A DNA stretch of 64,000 nucleotides, taken from an uncultured Schlesneria sp. (lineage in GTDB: Bacteria; Planctomycetota; Planctomycetia; Planctomycetales; Planctomycetaceae). Both the position numbers and the translations under genes were made by a program. A model generated the notes under the pieces. The model saw nothing but the letters and a program-made list of their open reading frames with translations. It had not been told where the DNA came from and searched no databases. The DNA lies in assembly GCA_903911795.1 (NCBI GenBank), contig CAIWEX010000067.1, positions 2,684-66,683 of the forward strand, read 5' to 3'. How positions within the stretch are numbered: position 1 is the stretch's first letter; every line of letters begins with the position of its first letter. This document shows, piece by piece, positions 61,912 through 64,000 of the stretch.

Positions 61912-62553
61912 TCAGACGGCAGGCCGCGCGAACCGAGCCCGGAACCGCTCAATCGCATCAACCGTTACAACCAGGTAACGACTCCGGAGCAACGTCGCAG
62001 CATTCCATTCGGTTGCTGGAACCAACGAACACTTTTCAATATTTCGCACTGACTTCCAAACCGTAGGATTGGGCTCAGCGATACCAATCACACACGAAGC
62101 CTCACCAACACCAATCTTGCTCAACATCTGAACGATGGGCTTGGTCTTTGGCTCAGTGATCGTCAATGAGTTCAACACAAACAACTCACCATCACGCACC
62201 TTGGCAGCAAACGCCATCGCAGCAGCACGCCGCAGCGCCTTCCGAGGAAGCCGATAGCTCCAATCTTTGGGCCGCTTGGCGAAACAGTGACCGCCTCCGC
62301 GGCGAATCGGCGTCCGCTTATTACCCATACGGGCGTTGCCAGTACCCTTTTGCTTGTACATCTTCTTCGAACTACCCGAGACTTCCGCTCGAGACTTCGT
62401 TTTCGATGTCCCCAATCGCTGATTCGAGCCGTACATAACGACAGCTTCGTGCAACAGGCGATCGGAAATCACCGCTGAAAATTCGGCTGGATCGATCACA
62501 CAGGTTTCACCAGTGGGAACGCCAGACTGATCGTAAATTGGAAAGGAAGACAT
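61912..62553 (-). CDS. rplD: 50S ribosomal protein L4
   Basis: TKSRAEVSG..KK.Y.QKGTGNAR.G, RRGGG..F..RP. Confidence 0.94.
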   Translation of the reverse strand: MSSFPIYDQSGVPTGETCVIDPAEFSAVISDRLLHEAVVMYGSNQRLGTSKTKSRAEVSGSSKKMYKQKGTGNARMGNKRTPIRRGGGHCFAKRPKDWSYRLPRKALRRAAAMAFAAKVRDGELFVLNSLTITEPKTKPIVQMLSKIGVGEASCVIGIAEPNPTVWKSVRNIEKCSLVPATEWNAATLLRSRYLVVTVDAIERFRARFARPAV

Positions 62554-62615
62554 TCAGATCACCACCGTGTTGTCAGCCAACATCAGAAGAAGTACCGCCC
62601 GGAACACCAAACCGC

Positions 62616-63275
62616 CTAGTAGCAGTTGGTTTCACGAACGACCACATAGCCGCCAGCGTAGCCTGGAATCGCACCCTTTACGAGCAGCACCCCAGCCTCA
62701 GCATCCGCAGCCCACACCTTCAGGCCGCGAACCGTGACGCGAACGCCACCCATGCGACCAGGCATCTTTGTTCCCTTAAACACCTTGCCAGGATCGGTAC
62801 TCTGCCCGGTGGAACCACCGGAACGATGCACCTTCTTCACCCCATGGCTGGCACAGACACCACTAAAGTGATGCCGCTTCATAACACCCGCGAACCCGCG
62901 ACCCTTGGATACGCCAATCACATCTACCTTGGCGATCCCATCAAGCTCAGCAACCGTCAGCACCTGGCCCACAGCGTAAGCAGGAGCGTCACGAAACTCA
63001 CGAATGAATCGCTTTGGCTCGCAATTTGGCCGTTCCGTCTTGCCTGGACGAGCCGCATCAAGAACCGTCATCATACCGCGCTCTGCCCGAGTCGACAGCC
63101 GCCGCGGCTTGTCATCAAAACCAAGCTGAGCTGCAGAGTAGCCATCTCGCTCCGCAGTACGCAACCGCAGTACAACGCACGGACCGGTGGCAACAACAGT
63201 CAGCGGTACAACCACACCCTTGCTGTCAAACACCTGCGTCATGCCGACTTTGCGACCGAGCAACCCCTTAGCCAT
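62616..63275 (-). CDS. rplC: 50S ribosomal protein L3
   Basis: GRKVGMTQ, SKGRGFAGVMKRH, PGKVFKG.KMPGRMG. Confidence 0.96.
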   Translation of the reverse strand: MAKGLLGRKVGMTQVFDSKGVVVPLTVVATGPCVVLRLRTAERDGYSAAQLGFDDKPRRLSTRAERGMMTVLDAARPGKTERPNCEPKRFIREFRDAPAYAVGQVLTVAELDGIAKVDVIGVSKGRGFAGVMKRHHFSGVCASHGVKKVHRSGGSTGQSTDPGKVFKGTKMPGRMGGVRVTVRGLKVWAADAEAGVLLVKGAIPGYAGGYVVVRETNCY

Positions 63276-63333
63276 CACTGACACCCCAACCCAACTAAGT
63301 CAATTTTCAACAAAAGAACACAAGCCACGCACG

Positions 63334-63660
63334 TCAATTCACTGACGCACGAATCTTGACATCCACACCAGCTGGAAGCGACAGCTTATTCAAAGCATCG
63401 ATGGTCTTCCCAGTCGGTTGAATAATGTCAACAAGCCGCTTGTGAGTACGAATCTCAAACTGCTCCCGCGACTTCTTATCGATATGCGGACTTCGCAGAA
63501 CGGTATAACGCTCAATACGGGTCGGCAGCGGAACTGGGCCGTGAACAACCGCCCCTGTTCGCTTCGCCGTATCTACGATTTCAGCCGCAGATTGATCGAG
63601 AACAGAGTGATCGTACGATTCCATGCGAATTCGAATTTTTTCTTGTCTGGATCCTGACAC
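63334..63660 (-). CDS. rpsJ: 30S ribosomal protein S10
   Basis: [37 protein letters not shown]; GTG 63660 inferred as start (ORF is open to 63681). Confidence 0.96.
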   Translation of the reverse strand: MSGSRQEKIRIRMESYDHSVLDQSAAEIVDTAKRTGAVVHGPVPLPTRIERYTVLRSPHIDKKSREQFEIRTHKRLVDIIQPTGKTIDALNKLSLPAGVDVKIRASVN

Positions 63661-64000
63661 GCCCAAAATCCTCTCAAACAAAACATCGGTAGCCCCGAAA
63701 TGGGGAACCGGAGATCGTATTGGCAGTCGCTTTGAATGTCAACGATGGCGGGCGCGATTCGTTCTGAGAATTCTGACTGCACGATGGGTTGCCGGACTAT
63801 TTTCACTGCCAGAAGACTTTGAATTCGTGCTGGATTGACCGAGATTGCCGATTTTACCGTCTTCTTCACCAGTTTTGGGAAATCGTACAGAGGGTAATGA
63901 CGGCCGACCGGAAATGGTTAGAATCCAAAAATGGATGGAAGCAATGTCGGAAGCAAGATTCAATCCATCTGAAATTCCAGCCAGGAGAGCCGAAATGAGT

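Noticed and set aside
63682-64000. Possible S10 leader RNA, riboswitch or gene end upstream of rpsJ
   Set aside because: Only weak hairpins and short motif-less ORFs; I could not match a known element by eye, and a covariance-model scan would be needed.

Overview
Window of a Planctomycetes-like genome. The assignment is inferred from DUF1501, DUF1552/DUF1592-type, YTV-repeat, PQQ-propeller and prenyltransferase-fold genes and from the long-insert L17. About 1-49.6 kb is mixed housekeeping and accessory DNA. Housekeeping genes: rsmH-like, dapA, ftsY, glnS, bshB1-like, copA-like, rsmA, guaB. Accessory content: many secreted or lipoprotein genes of unknown function, one frameshifted IS630 with terminal inverted repeats, and several families of short REP/REPIN-like palindromes. 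About 49.9-63.7 kb is the S10-spc-alpha ribosomal protein cluster on the minus strand; it lacks rpmD, adk, map, infA and rpsD and includes an rpmJ that the ORF track missed. I saw no rRNA, tRNA or CRISPR array. Best leads: (1) a PilB/GspE-like protein that has lost its Walker A Lys, Walker B Glu and His box; (2) a tightly linked four-gene exported cassette (CxxCH DUF1592-type, DUF1552, unknown repeat protein, LRR protein); (3) a probably exported tandem cyanophycinase-like protein whose second domain lacks the DQHF His, plus a distant ABC transporter/DUF1854 pair; (4) a tandem ferritin-like di-iron protein; (5) a mirror-symmetric Cys-rich YTV protein built of 84-nt repeats; (6) a nest of miniature repeats around the IS630. 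Family names come from motif recognition by eye, not database searches, and I cannot confirm that any of these is undescribed.
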